DNA of 60,478 nucleotides, counting the filler, from Circinaria calcarea (lineage: Eukaryota), in the NCBI GenBank assembly GCA_051942165.1. It is 6 parts of 6 records of this genome, joined end to end, with 100 filler letters (N's around TTAATTAATTAA, not from the genome) between each part and the next. Parts side by side here need not be neighbours in the genome. Positions count along the whole stretch, not along the records: positions 1 to 10,014 come from JAVECS010000858.1; positions 10,115 to 20,124 come from JAVECS010000859.1; 4 more parts are not named here. The stretch is one strand, 5' to 3'. The stretch's first letter is position 1, and each line of letters starts with the position of its first letter. Below are positions 1 to 16,497 of the stretch, piece after piece. The notes below the pieces were generated by a model, which was not told the DNA's origin, did no database searches, and worked only from the letters and a program-made list of their open reading frames with translations. Position numbers and translations under genes: made by a program.

Positions 1-196
1 GGGCAATATGGATGGCAAGGGGGGTTTGATATTGAATTTTTTTTTTCCGAGGCGGATCTTTCCTTTCCCCCATTGAACTCCCGCCTACCATTACTTCACA
101 TGTAAAAGTCCTTTTTGAAGATTGGGAGCGCATTCAAGAAAACCAGCAGGAGGGGAGGAAATGGTGTTTTTTGGGCATTTGCCATTTACCATTTCC

Positions 197-220
197 AGAC
201 AGACAGACAGACAGACAGAC
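197..220 (+). repeat. (AGAC)6 microsatellite
   Basis: agacagacagacagacagacagac. Confidence 0.9.
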
Positions 221-802
221 CCCCTGTGCGTGCAAGATCCACCACTCACTCTCTTTAGGTACAAGTTTTCCGAACACCCAAACCCCCCCCCTTCCGCGCT
301 CTCACACACATCTCTGGAGTTGGGAGCATTTCTAGATACAAGGGGTGTGAAAACAAAGTTTTCGCTACTATGTACAACCGCAACCGGAAGCCAAAGAAAA
401 ATCTGAAGCCCCTAGGCGGGAGGTCTCCTTTCTAGTGGCGCGCACCAACAGTGCGTTGCGTTACATACATCCGAACAGAGAGATTATCGTAGTTGTTGTG
501 TTGTGTGTGATGGTTTAGAAATATAACAAACATTACTAATATCTCCTTTGTATCTTCCTTTGGGGCAAAAGGGGTAACCCGTTCCCCTGAAGCCCGCAGA
601 TGTTGGGGGAAAAAAGGTACAAATTCCCTTTAACAAAAAGGTTAAATTCTTTCCTTTTCAGATCTTCCTTACGCCATCGCTAAATGACGAGCAATAGAGC
701 AATCGAGATGCCGCTTTCCGCTCAAAATAAAACGCCGGTTTCAAAATGGGTATCTTCATGACTGACGTGACAACTTTCTTTTCCCTTCCCGTCGCGTATC
801 AA

Positions 803-3800
803 TTAGAGCCGGGGAGTATTGCTCACAGCGCTCGCACCTCTGCCGCGCCCTAAACGACTAAAGAGGTGTTCGGGTGGTACACGTTCCATGTTGGAAGTCT
901 TCTCAAAGTAGTTGTTCGGAGTAGGACGGTTGGCTTGATTCTTCCGTCGATTGCGCTCGACGATGAGACCGGCGGCGACGAGAAGGAATGTGCATGCCAA
1001 GCCGATGGCGAGACCAATAAGAACAACAAAGATGACTCTTAGGCGACGACCTACAAGACATTAGTAATAAGCTTACACGAAAGCTTCAAAAGTATAAATA
1101 CTAACCGGGAGAGTTGTACTTGATGCGCTTTTCCGTAAATATTTGCGAAAGACTACCGGGCCCGTTCCCCGAATTTGAGAGTATGAAAGGTGAGAATGCT
1201 GTACCGTTGAACAACGCAGCGGACGCATTCCCAAAGGTCGGTAGGTTGAGCTGACCGGTGAGTAACAAAACCATGTTGGGATCGACGAGATCATTGTCCG
1301 CATGATTCTGCGACAACGAGAGCATCGATAGACCTCGGATGGTTGTTTGCTTCCCCAGTACATCCCCAATGCTCCGAAAATTCGTGCCATCGTACTTTAT
1401 CAAGAAGGCCGACCCATTGCTGCTCTTGCCGGCAACCCAAAAGGACGTGGCAACGCTATCTGCTGGTGAAAGAGCCGTCACTGGTCCAGGAACATTACCG
1501 GCCGCTCCATTGAGACTAGACCAGACCGAGTTCTTCGCATCGTACCTCGCCAGTGATGTGGCATTGTTGTTGACAGTGAGATTCCCTCCAACAAGAAGTT
1601 TGTCAGTCCCTTGCCAGGTCAGGGATGCCACACTGCCTCCAAGTCCAGTACCTGGCCGGGACCATTGTCCGTTGTTGAATGTGCATACACTTGGGCAGCC
1701 AAGTGACCCTGCAGAATCAAAGTTCCCGGCCACGTAGACTTCTGCAGAATTCGGTCGCGTCGCGATTGCATTAACTGCGACGTTGTTGCCTGACAACGCT
1801 GGGGCTTGTGGTGATGCATAGTTCGCCTTAGCTAAATCCCATTGAACTAGGCCATTGATATTCGCACCATCCAACGTTCCAGATACCGTACCACCAGCAT
1901 AAAGTGTATCTGATTGTATAGCGAGCGCGAGGAAGACTGAGTCTGCATCTAAACCACTCCCGATACCAGTGACAGCCTGTGAGCCGCTGCTTGTAGTGTT
2001 AACGAATGCAAGATTGTTAATTGTAGATCCGTTGGTTGCCGTTGCGGTGAAATGACCTCCGATGATGGTGACATTGCGTCCATTGCTATTATCAAACAGT
2101 CCAGTGACAGCACCCGTTACATTTTGGCCACTGACGGCTCTCTTAGACATACTAGACGACCCTACTTGCTGCGGTTGGATACGCACACCAAGCGGATTGA
2201 GGCTGAGAGATCCAGAAGTAGATGATAATTCAACGGCGCCGCTGGCTGCCATTCCTCGAGTGGAGAGCGTACCGGCTAGAAGTGGAGAGCTGCCAGAGAC
2301 ATTGGTGGCAGCACTGAGTTTTCCACCTATCACCAATGTCTGGATTCTCAGGTTGTTCAACCAATTATTCTGCGATGGAACCCAGATCGCAAGACCGCTC
2401 ACGGGGAAGGCCATGTCAGATCCTGAAGCTAGAACTTGGTCAAAGTTACCGTTGATGGAAATACATGTTTCCGGCTGGTTTTGGGTAATGTTAAGCATTA
2501 AGGGTACAATTGTATTGACCCGGCCATTGACACCTCGGCCAAGAGGTTGCCAGACATTCCTCGAGGTGTCAAAGACTGCCACGTTACTGAGTCCAGGCAC
2601 GTCGGGCTTGGAAGTGTCATTAAAATCGCCGCCAACGTAGAGGAGGTTTCCAGAGAGAAAAGTTGTAGTAACTGCACCGTTCAAACCGTTGCCTGCCAGA
2701 GCTGTGGACTTGTCATCGGCTATTGAGAAGATGTTTTGAAATTCGTCGGTGGAGAATTTCCCGGCTATATACAATACACTGTCCACAACCGATACACTGC
2801 TGATCAAGGCGTTACTGGTGAGATTTTCTCCCGCCACATTAATCGTTGAGTTTGAAAAGTCCATATTGACAGTAGCCTGATTAGGGTTGAACTCGAAAAG
2901 GCCATTGAGGTTGCCGGTAGAGTCGGGGTTGCCTTGAAGCTGAAAATGAACGCGTTGGGCAACAAGGCTAATGTTGTTGGTTTGACCGGATATTGGACTA
3001 AGCGTAACTGTAGGTCGAAAGGATCCACTGTTTGCCTCCACGTAGCCGCTGTAGATTTGATCGTATTTGTCAAAGTCATTGGTCTGGTAAATCTGCGTTG
3101 GTGTAGGTCTAGTCGATTTTGTACCCGTTGCGAAATCGCCAGTCACGTTAGCAATCCCTCGAACGTTACAACTATTGTCTTGCTGGCATCCAGGAGTGAA
3201 GATTGTTACTATGTAACTCCCTGACTGCTTAATATCAGGTTGAAATACCACCGAAGCAGCGTCGGAGCTGATACTTGGACTGCTGAAATTTATGGTTAGA
3301 TAATCGGAGACACTCTGTCCCGATGGTGTTCTGGCCCAAGGGCCCGTTACGGTAGCGTTAGAACCAAATCTCGTAGGCACACAAGCCGGCTCATTAAGAT
3401 CTGGTACCGCATAGGCGTAGATTTCTAATGTCCTGTGAGTAGACTACATAGGAAGGGAACCGATAAGGGTGATGCTAACCATCTTGGAACAACTCAATGC
3501 CATCAAGGCCACCGCCATTACCATACCAGTCGGATATATCGATCTGGAAGCCATTCATGCCGATGATATTAACGAATTTAAAGTCCTGGTATTTGATAGA
3601 TGGGTCATCAGATAAGGGACAGCGAGCATCGCAAGCAGCAAGTTGGTTTGTGACAGGATCTGTATAAGTCATGTTCAAGATGCCGTTGATAGGAAAAGCG
3701 GTGAATCGGAAAGTCTTCGTTCCTCTGCCGTCCTGATGTGTATTCCACACGCGTAATTTGGTTGGATTGTATCCAAAGCTCATGTCTGCTCTCCAAAAGC

Positions 3801-4644
3801 CGGGAGTATCGTCTTCAAGTAGCCAGGTATTTCCAGGACCATCTTGTCCATTCGACTTGCAGATAACGTTCCTAGGATCACTGAAACCATTGGCCTCTGT
3901 CGAACCCCGAGTGGAAAGCTTTGCCGTCGAAAGATTGATTACTTGTTGATCAAGCACAGTTGGCGCCGTTGTATTCACGAGGCCAGTGAACGAGCCACCA
4001 AAGACGACGTTGCCATCTGGTGCTTTGGCTATTGTACGGACGGGCCCGTTGAACCCCGCAAAAGGCAGATTGGTCCAACCAGCCATTCCGACCCAGGCAA
4101 TAGCGTTTGTCGAATTACCTCCCTTAAAGTCTCCCCCTACATACACCGTACTTGTGTTCTGATCACAAAGAAGGGCCGCAACTTGCCCGGTAAGGCCATC
4201 AAGAGGGGTGATTTTGGCCGCGCTGGGATCGAAGAGCGCGATCCCTTGTGTCTCGGTACCACCAAGACTTGTGAAGTTTCCCCCAATTATGACACCAGCA
4301 AAAGTTCCATCCTTTAAGGTAAATGGACACATGGCCACGATAGACGCGTCTGCGGAGACAAGAGTTGCGAAAAAGCCGTTTGACATTTGTGACAGTAATG
4401 ACTGGCTGCCATTGGTGGTGACTGAGTTCTCATTTTGGCCTTGATACGTGTAAAGTGATATGGCATCGAAGTCTCCAGCGAGGGCGACCCGTCCCAAGTC
4501 ACCCAGATCAAGACCGGGTGGAGGTACTGGAGTAAAGTTTACTCCCTTTGTCGCGGTGAGTAGGAGGGAGAAGACCAGCGATATCCGGACCATTGACGCC
4601 TGTCCCACTGCTACCGTCCGCCGCAAAAGTAGAAATATTCCCAT
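803..4644 (-). CDS. RAX2: Rax2-like cell polarity/morphogenesis type I membrane glycoprotein (3 exons: ~4644-3480, 3424-~1106, 1050-803)
   Basis: ORFs 3475-4644, 1101-3380 and 803-1000 join through GT-AG introns (GTTAGC..CATTAG gives FQD-E-IYAYA; GTTAGT..TTGTAG). N-terminal hydrophobic segment, 'LGRVALAGDFDAISLY', repeated beta-strand 'YVGGDF/IGGNFT' motifs, C-terminal TM helix and 'RVPPEHLF' tail. Confidence 0.9.
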
Positions 4645-6126
4645 CGTTCAGCAAATATCGAAGGTTGGCGCTGAGCTCTAACACCGGTTGTCCAGCTTGG
4701 CTAGGATGTGTCGATGAAGGTGAAAGTCGCGCGCCGCGATGCGATCGACTCTCTCCTGAGGAGAAGCAGTCCAGCTATATCTTCCTGCTCATCTGTGTTC
4801 TCTGGTGTTCGAGCCTCTCGTCAGCGTCTGCAGCTGTCCCGGTATCCTCACTGAACTGTCTTTGCTGCCGTCGTTCTGCTGGTGATTGAATTTGCCTGGG
4901 GGGAGCACGAACAGGGGAAATGAAGGCTTGGCATCGGCTGCTAAACGGCCCTATAAGCGGTCCCCGCCTCCTTTAACTAATGAGCTTCTGCATTAGGGTG
5001 CTCTAGGGTGTCCCTGGCTACGATTTCTCAGTAATTATGTCACTTTTGCCTCATCCGTGGGCTTGATCAAGTAAGGTCCAGCGCAGATCATTACTTGAGT
5101 ACGCTCGTACCTGTTAAAGATAGATCAAGTCTACTGGACCTGCATTTGGGTGCTCTCTACCGGCGGAGGACGGTACACGAGCGTTTTTTCACTTGGCCGC
5201 TCCCACTATCTTAGGGCAGAAGACAACAATTCACGGAATAATCTTATGATAACCATATACAAGAGCGCGTTTGGATTGTGATTGTGTTGTCTGGCAGTTG
5301 GTATCTCATTTGTGGCTGCCACAACACAGATGATGACCGCGCACACACCAACATCGTGAGTGGCCGCCACGGCCAGAGATCATCGGGTAAAAACTCGCAC
5401 TACCTAGTTCCACTATCCTTGTTAGCTGTAGAGAACCCGTGATGCGAAAAATATATAGGTGTGCTGGCACATTGTACCGCAAGTCCTGCGATGTAAGCCA
5501 AGGCACGGGACTAGTATGGGATGAAGGGTGGAGAGGACTACGAGCATCAAGACAAGAGAAGTATGATGAAAAGTCAAAGTAGGCCGAGGAAAGTCTGTAG
5601 TGCTTTGACAACATTGAAGAGTGACTCCAACCCATAACTGCGGTTGCTGGTTGCCCGAGTTGGTTTATACCCAAGTAGCGCTAGGGGCTGTTTGAATGCC
5701 CAATCACAGCGTGGTGCCTCTAAATCCAAGGTTCCTCATCAAAAGTACTCCGAGCATCTTTGTCCGAGGCCCCTCGAAAACCCCCTTCCTCTCTCATCTG
5801 CAACTTGAGTGCTCACATGGTCAAGTTTGAGAATCCTCCTCAGTTATTCATTGGGAATAACAGGTATAGCTAGTTTTTACAATCACCAATTCCAATGTCG
5901 AGTGGCTGTTGTATAGCCGTTTCAACCCAAGTCTCCAGCGAGTTAGGAGAGTGGCTTGGATTTGTCAGAGGTTGCGGCTCGGCTATGGATTCGTATTATA
6001 GGGTGATGCTGCTATTGCTCTTGACAACCACCCAGAATTATTGGTCCTTGTGCGCGTTTAGAGCTTCTGAACGCGGCGGTGTTGTGGACTTGTAACTGAC
6101 TCCAACCCAATTAACAGACACTGAGA

Positions 6127-7563
6127 CTAAGATCTCTTCCGTCTTTTCGATGTCCTCTTTACCTTGATTTCCTCTATCTTCATCAAGGGCTTCTCGTCCA
6201 CCAGTTCTCTTTTAACAGCAACGCGAGTTTCAGTCAATGTCAAATTCTTGGATGGGCTTTCCGACTCCACACCTGCCTCCTCCATCTTCACGACCTTTTC
6301 TTGAACATCCACTTTGATAGATAATCTTTCGGAGAAAGCCCTGAGATCCGCGGTAAACAGAACACTGTGTGCCCATCCCGCTTCCTTTCCCCAAAGAGTA
6401 CGGAAATGGTCCCCGATGGCATCATAAGTAGCCTTGGTCAAGCTGCGGTGTTTTCCTTTACCAAATTTATAATCGCGTTGAGCTATTTGCCAAACTGTGG
6501 CGTGTCGTCAGACATGTCAACTCGAGACCGTCTGCTTGTTGGAACTCACCATGAGTATCAACAGGTACCGCCTCGCCCCAACCAAGGCCCATCAGGCATA
6601 CACAATCTGCCACTTTCGGCCCAACCCCCTGAAGCGTTAGTAGCTGTTCGTGCGCTTTACGATAGCCTTCCCTTCCTCCAGGTAGCATGTCACCTGCACT
6701 CGAGATTTTATGGCCCAGAACTGGACTTTCGGGATTTCGCAGACCATCAAGCCAATGCGCATGGTCTTTTTGGGTTATCATTTTCGCGGTTATATGAAGA
6801 TATTTAGCTCTATACCCGAATCCAAGCTGACGTAGATGCGTCTCAACGTCCGGGTCGGTCAATACTGCTGGAGTCGGCATGTCATGATATGGGAGCCCGT
6901 TAAAGTATCCTATTAACGGTCCGTAGTGCAGACACAACTTATCCATCTAGTAAAGACCGGTCAGCGTCTATGGTGCACATCTGCTGCACATGGTCGCTCA
7001 CCATCTGGGATATCCTTATAATGTTATTATTACTACTGCAAATAAACCCGACTAAAGCCTCCCAGGAATCCTGCTTTAATATCCTTACTCCTGCAAACTT
7101 AGGTGCCTTTTGTTTAAAGTTCGAATCCGCAGCGGACCATTGCTCATACAACCCTGTCAGATGAGGACTGAGATTGAGGTAATGCCGCACAAAGGCTTCT
7201 GTATCATCCTCTACACAGACAGGCGCATCAATGGATGATGGGATCGACGATGGAGGAGTCGGTGGTGCCCCAATGGTATCGGGAAATATCGCATGGTAAT
7301 GAAGATGCGTCGTGTCTTGACGCAAGGAGAGAATCCTGCCGTGGATTGCACATGACCATATATTATTCTCGGACTTTTTCCATCTATGGGGCGATGTTAT
7401 ACTCTGGTCTGCTGGAAAGTTCGAACCTGACTCACCGAAATGATTGACCACAGCGAAGAGTCGTATCGAGGCAAAGCTCCGATAAGCTTACAGGTAGCTT
7501 TCGCCAGGCCATGCTGTTCCCAATCTTGAAATTTCTGGCCGACGAGAAATCTATCTCCGACAT
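6127..7563 (-). CDS. OGG1: 8-oxoguanine DNA glycosylase/AP lyase (multi-exon)
   Basis: Spliced reading: WRKLPVSLSELCLDTTLRCGQSFR, 'FICSSNNNI', 'LGFGYRAKY', HhH 'LQGVGPKVADCVCLM', 'VPVDTH', 'AGWAHSVLF'. First in-frame ATG at 7563; an alternative ATG lies 17 codons downstream. Confidence 0.93.
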
Positions 7564-7873
7564 TCAGAACACTAATGGACAGACACGGGCGCGAGAGGTT
7601 CGCGTCGAAACTTATTAGATCCATCTACAAGGATATTGACCACGCGAGTCTATCACAGGTTAGCGTCCCGCTACGGGGAGGATGAAGCGTCTGCTCCGGT
7701 TTGTCTGTCGGACAACACCACTGCAGTTTTTGTGCAGTAAGTGCTGGACGGCTCACCGATACTCAGCCTTCGTCGTACATACTCTCCAGCCATTTCTCAT
7801 CATCTACAGAGATAACCATCTACTGTTGTGCATTGAAGCGTCCGAGTAGAGTTTCCAATAGGACTACCTCAGC

Positions 7874-10014
7874 ATGAACGGCGACAGTTATTCGTCAAGA
7901 GGCATGGCATCAGCAACCACCCTACCAAGGATTCGCAAGCACGAGACTGATACTAACAATCCTTCAACTGCAGATACCGGTCGTTATGGATCATCTCGAG
8001 ATCATTATGTAAACTCGTCAGAGGCTGCTTTCACCTAACTCAAGCTAATTGGAACAAATAGACCTCTCGAGACGAGCGCCGCGATGGAGGCCGCGATGGG
8101 GGTCGAGACCGAGACGGACACCGGGGCAGTGAGCGACGGCGCTCTAGATCACCTGGACATCGAAGCTCAAGACCATCACGTCGCGAATACGAGGTAGACT
8201 CTTACTCGTCAAGCAGAGACTATCGAGCGCGCGAGCGGGAGGACAGGTATTCTGGACGAGAACCGCGTGATGACAGGGCATGGGACCGGGATAGGGGCGG
8301 TCGTGGCGATCATGGGGATAGAGGAATGATGAGACGTGATGCGAGACGCGAAGATGATGATCGCCGCCCTCCGAGGGATAGAGATCTCTTTGAAGGTCGA
8401 GGTGATCGTGGAAGAGGGGGTGGTGGAGGTGGAGGCGGCGGACGAGGCGCAAGAAGTGACCGCGACGAGTTTGCGATGCAGATGGGTGGAAAAGATAGGA
8501 AAAAGAGCATGAGTCCCCCGCCTAAGAAAAAAGAGCCAACCCCAGACTTAACAGACATCATACCCATCACTGAGAGGAAGAGGAGGTTGACACAATGGGA
8601 TATCAAGCCCCCGGGGTATGAGAACGTTACTGCAGAGCAGGCGAAACTATCAGGTCTACTCCCCTCGGAACTGATTACTCAACATGTATCATGCTAACTT
8701 TCCGGCATAGGCATGTTCCCTCTGCCAGGAGCTCCAAGACAACAGCCGATGGATCCCAGCCGTTTACAGGCTTTCATGAACCAGCCTAGTGGCTCCGCGA
8801 GCAACGCTGCTCTTAAACCATCAAATGCTCGACAATCGAAGCGCCTTTTCGTCCACAACTTCCCTCCATCTGCAACCGACGAAAGCATTGTCAACTTCTT
8901 CAACCTTCAGCTGAACGGTCTGAACGTTATTGAAGGATTGGATCCATGTATATCATGTCAGATCTCCAAGGATAGGTCGTTTGCTCTGATTGAATTCAAA
9001 ACTCCAGCAGAGACGACAGTGGGCCTGGCGTTAGATGGGATCAGCATGGAAGACAACGACAACATGGAGAACGGAAATGGCACCGCTAACGGAAGTAGCC
9101 AAGGTCTCTCGGTGCGTCGACCAAAGGACTACATTGTCCCTTCTGTCACGGACGATGCCGATTACCAGGAAGGGGTTGTTTCGACAACAGTCCCCGATAC
9201 GCCAAATAAGATTAGTGTTACAAATATCCCAGTGTATCTTACGGAAGACCAGGTCCAGGAGCTACTTGTCTCCTTTGGGGCCCTCAAAGCCTTTGTTTTG
9301 GTCAAGGACCGAAGCACTGAAGAGTCCAGAGTAAGTTTTCCGTTCCACTTGATAGTATTGGCTAAGAAATGTTAGGGCATTGCTTTCTGTGAATATCTTG
9401 ATCCTGCTGCCACAGATATCGCGGTAGAAGGTCTGAACGGAATGGAAGTGGTAGATAAGCAACTTAAAGTTCAACGGGCTAGCATCGGTGTCACCCAAGC
9501 CGCAGGGCTCGAGATGGGCGTCAACGCCATGTCGTTACTCGCACAGACTACATCGACCGATCTTGAAGAGGGACGTGTCTTGCAGCTCCTGAACATGGTG
9601 ACACCAGAAGAGCTCATTGACAATGAGGATTACGAAGGTATAGTTCCCTCTTCATAAGATTACCATTAGTCCATTCCCACTCCACGCCCTCCTTATGCCT
9701 ATGCAAGCTCGCTGACTCGAATCCCTCACCTCAGAGATCTGTGAAGACGTCCGAGAAGAATGCGAAAAGTACGGCGCCGTGCTCGAAATGAAAGTGCCTC
9801 GTCCCAGCGGCGGCAGTCGGCAATCTGCCGGGGTCGGCAAGATCTATGTCAAGTACGATAATGCCGACTCGGCGCGCAAGGCCCTCGCTGCTCTCGCGGG
9901 TAGAAAATTTGCAGATAGGACCGTTGTCACGACCTATTTCTCCGAGGTAGGTACCTTTTTAGCCTGAATGGGGTTCTAGAAGTTGCATGCTAACGGCTAC
10001 GCATAGGAGAATTT
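7874..10014 (+). CDS. U2AF2: Splicing factor U2AF large subunit (U2AF65-like), truncated at contig end
   Basis: RS/RD-rich N-terminus, 'KRRLTQWDIKPPGYENVTAEQAKLSGMFPLPG', two RRMs and a UHM (LQLLNMVT..., GVGKIYVKY, LAGRKFADRTVVTTY). Exons ~7874-7901, 7974-8008, 8062-8653, 8711-9330, 9376-~9637, ~9736-9946, 10007-edge. Confidence 0.95.
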
Positions 10015-10114
10015 NNNNNNNNNNNNNNNNNNNNNNNNNNNNNNNNNNNNNNNNNNNNTTAATTAATTAANNNNNNNNNNNNNNNNNNNNNNNNNNNNNN
10101 NNNNNNNNNNNNNN
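10015..10114. other. Artificial contig linker (N44-TTAATTAATTAA-N44)
   Basis: 100-nt spacer with stop codons in all six frames; identical copies occur four more times. Confidence 0.99.
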
Positions 10115-10190
10115 GGTGTGTTAGGTGTGGGTTGGCGCCGCGGTGGATAATGACTTCGTTGAGGGCGTGGGTGATGGATGGGTTGGGGGA
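10115..10190 (-). pseudogene. Fragment of mitochondrial NADH kinase (POS5-like), 5' part missing
   Basis: Minus strand reads SPNPSITHALNEVIIHRGANPHLTH, matching the NAD-kinase NE/D motif of POS5. An in-frame TAA lies at 10191-10193, and no upstream GGDG exon was found. Confidence 0.55.
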
Positions 10191-10968
10191 TTAAACGGGT
10201 TATTAAAGTTCAACTATCCGTTTGGGGAAGAAGCATAAATAGGGCATAGTACTACTTTTTGGTATCGGACAGAGTGTGTCCCGAATTTCTCAGCTATGTG
10301 CATTGGGAGCGCCAGGGGTTACCGTCGAGCTACCCTCGTCGTCGTACTTGTAAACAATCGCTTCTCGAGCGGGAAGTGTAAAGCAAGCAAACATAAGCCC
10401 AATATTGACCCATCGGGCAGTCTCGATCGCACCCCAAAAAAAATTTCAAAGTCCATCCGCTAATCCAGACGCGATCGCGTCGCGAGATCGGATATGTGCA
10501 GTAAGTAGGGTAGTTGCTGAGAGGTCGGTATCCACAAGAGCCAAGGTTGTTATGTAGCATCCCAAGCAAGCTCGATGTTCACTAGGGCCCGTTCATATGC
10601 ACACGAGTGTCCCTCCACTGGGTCTTAGAAAACTTTGCTCACCGCACCATTTGCGCCCATCAGCGACAAAATCCCGACCATCTAGATGATTTCCCTTGGT
10701 TTTGGAGCTTGCGCAAGCCCCCGCAAAACCCAGGATGTTTGGCAAGCTCGCGTGATATCTTGCCGCGTGGTCGGAAAGAATCAGAAGCATGCTAGTTTGA
10801 AGAAAAACCTTTTCGGCGTCTAAATATGCTGAGTCGTAGGTTTCGTCATCATCACGCATTGTGAATCCAGATCCCATTGGGCTATCCTGTCGTAAAATGG
10901 ACCAGCAAAGGACCACCGGAACTCCAGGTCTATGGGTACACAGATGTAGCAAAGGGGGGAAGCTTGAT

Positions 10969-14167
<3,199 letters not shown>

Positions 14168-15136
14168 CTCCGTTCCCTTCACTTGGATTTCTACCTTTTC
14201 TCTTCGAGGGGAGAAATCTAGGGTTATGGCAGCGAAGACTCGATACGTCGAATAGTTTGGGCTATCGTTTCGGTCAGCGACACATTGCGCTCGGGGAAAC
14301 ATACACAACACACAGCGATTGATTCTAGAGTTCTTCCTGGATGTTTGAAAGAGTCCGGCAGACTGACATGAGTGGTGAATATGCGCTTTGGAGGAAGACC
14401 GGGTAATTGTGGTGCTTATCCCTAAACCAAGTCGAGTCGGGGTACTTCGATGAACGAGCGTGCTAGACGACCTGCCAGTAACTTGGCCCTTTCCGACAAT
14501 AGTCAGGAGAGGTGTCTAAGTCACAGAATGACCAAAGATACGGCGAGTTCTATGGGGTAGACGTGCTCGTATGTTGAAACGAGTGTTGTTCGACCATGTA
14601 CTTTGAGGTTGCTGGCAGGGCTGCGGGTGATTCTTAGCCACATCTACGGAGTACGGCGGTGCATAGGGCTCAATTTGACAAGGATGGTCATTTATGGGAG
14701 CCTCATTCAATCACGTGAAAGTTCCACGACAACAAGAGGCAGAGAAGCAGTAATAATCCTCGATATGTTTCCGACCTTCCCTAATGCCCAGCCCCATGGT
14801 CGACATAGCCATCTCGGCATTCAGCGAAGCACTTGTTGACGAGGCGCCGTCTAAACCCCGTTCAGACCCCTTGTGCACAATGGAAGTTACACTCCGCGGC
14901 GGCCTCATTCTGACCGCATTTCACACGCCTCCCTGATAACCTTCCTTGGCTGCAGATCATCCTTCAACTATCCAGCCAGTCGGGTATGTCAGCTTCATGT
15001 TGGGCAGTGTCAGCACCCCGCAGTTGCCATGTCAGCATCCTGCGATTAGAATATTTAGGTCAAGCCTTTCCAGCAGCATTTCCATGTTTTCAAAGCTGAA
15101 TTTTTCTTGGATACCTTTCACAGAGTAGTATCGAAC

Positions 15137-16497
15137 ATGCCTCTTCAAAGCGATCTCAGTATCGATGTTGCGAAACTGCGGGAGGACGCCATCCCGAAGT
15201 CCTTGGAGGACTTTAACAACTCTTTACGTTCTGTCCTGCAGAAAGCGCCTGCGTGGGAAGAGGTATTGCGCTTCACTAAATTTATCGGACTGCCCGTAAT
15301 AGTCTCACACTATTTAATCTAGGTCGGAGCAGCCAAATTTCGGGTCCGAGCAGCCTAAAGGAACAAATTGGTCCTGAAAGATGCTGAAGTCAGACCAGGA
15401 AATGCAACGTAATGGCGAGTTGGCATTCCCACCTCCAATTCTGCTTGACTCTGCCGAGTCCTTCTCTATACCCTCACGGGATCCTGATCGTACCATTCCG
15501 TGCCGTATCTTGAAGCCAGAGCAAGGTAGACCAGCCCATGGCGTTTACATGCATATACATGGGGGTAAGCCTGGGTCTCTATAATTTTACAGGAGCTCAA
15601 CCGACTTACTAAGCCACACAGGGGCCTGGATACTAATGTCAGAGAAAGAGTACGCAGCAATGCAGCAGCTGACTCCGAGTCTACAGACGTTCCACTAATT
15701 CCGCAACAGTCAGGATCCATACTTGAAAGCTATCGCGGATGATGCAAACTTAATAGTCATTAGTATTGGCTATCGACTGGCCCCGGAAGACCCGTTTCCA
15801 AAGGGCCCGGAAGTATAATCCCATTGTCATCATGTTCGACTCCTGGTAATGCTAATATCATCTTTGAAAAGGACTGCTACGACGCTGCTGAGTGGTTGGT
15901 TGACAATGCGCAGGCCGAATTCGGGGTGCCTCTCAAGTTCGCGGGTGGGGAGGTAAGCCTGGCGAACCTAAAAGATACTTGGATTATAGTTATGGATAAT
16001 GGGTACTAACACAGCAATAGTCTGCTGGCGCCCATCTAACACTGCTGACAACGTTCCATCTTCTCAAGAGCCGACCACAATTCCAGTTCAACGGTCTTGG
16101 ACTTTCCTACGGGGCTTATGACCTGTCGTTGTTACCCTTTGCTCGAAACTACAAAAGGGACATATTCTTCTCTTCGGATAAGGTGGCGCATAGCTTGAAT
16201 GCTTTCCTACCTAATCATACTCCTGACGAGCGTAAAGATCCTTCAATATCGCCTTTTTATCAGGATCTCACAGGCTTGAAATTGCCTCCGGCCTTGTTCA
16301 TTTGCGGGACCCATGACTTCCTGTTGGATGACTCTGTGATGATGGCGTTGAGATACCAAATGAGCGGAAACTCGGCTGTTCTGAAGCTCTTCACCGGCTG
16401 CCCACATGGGTTCACAGTCTTTTTCCCGGATACTCTGCCAGCTTCAAAGGAATGCCGTGAAATCACAAAGCAGTTCCTGCTAGAGAATTTAGGATGA
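15137..16497 (+). CDS. Alpha/beta-hydrolase, GDXG/HSL-type esterase-lipase (about 7 short exons)
   Basis: HIHGGAW oxyanion motif, 'GYRLAPEDPFPKGPE', nucleophile GESAG across an intron, 'LLDDS', 'CPHGF'; canonical GT-AG introns. Confidence 0.88.

Noticed and set aside
1073..4889. Numerous antisense and alternative-frame ORFs over RAX2 (and similarly over the amidohydrolase, JEM1, POT1 and MDR genes)
   Set aside because: Shadow ORFs of real coding sequence, mostly with GTG/TTG starts that are not meaningful in a eukaryote.
10059..10070. TTAATTAATTAA recurring every ~10 kb as a biological repeat or transposon target site
   Set aside because: Always centred in N44 flanks; it is a six-frame-stop assembly spacer.
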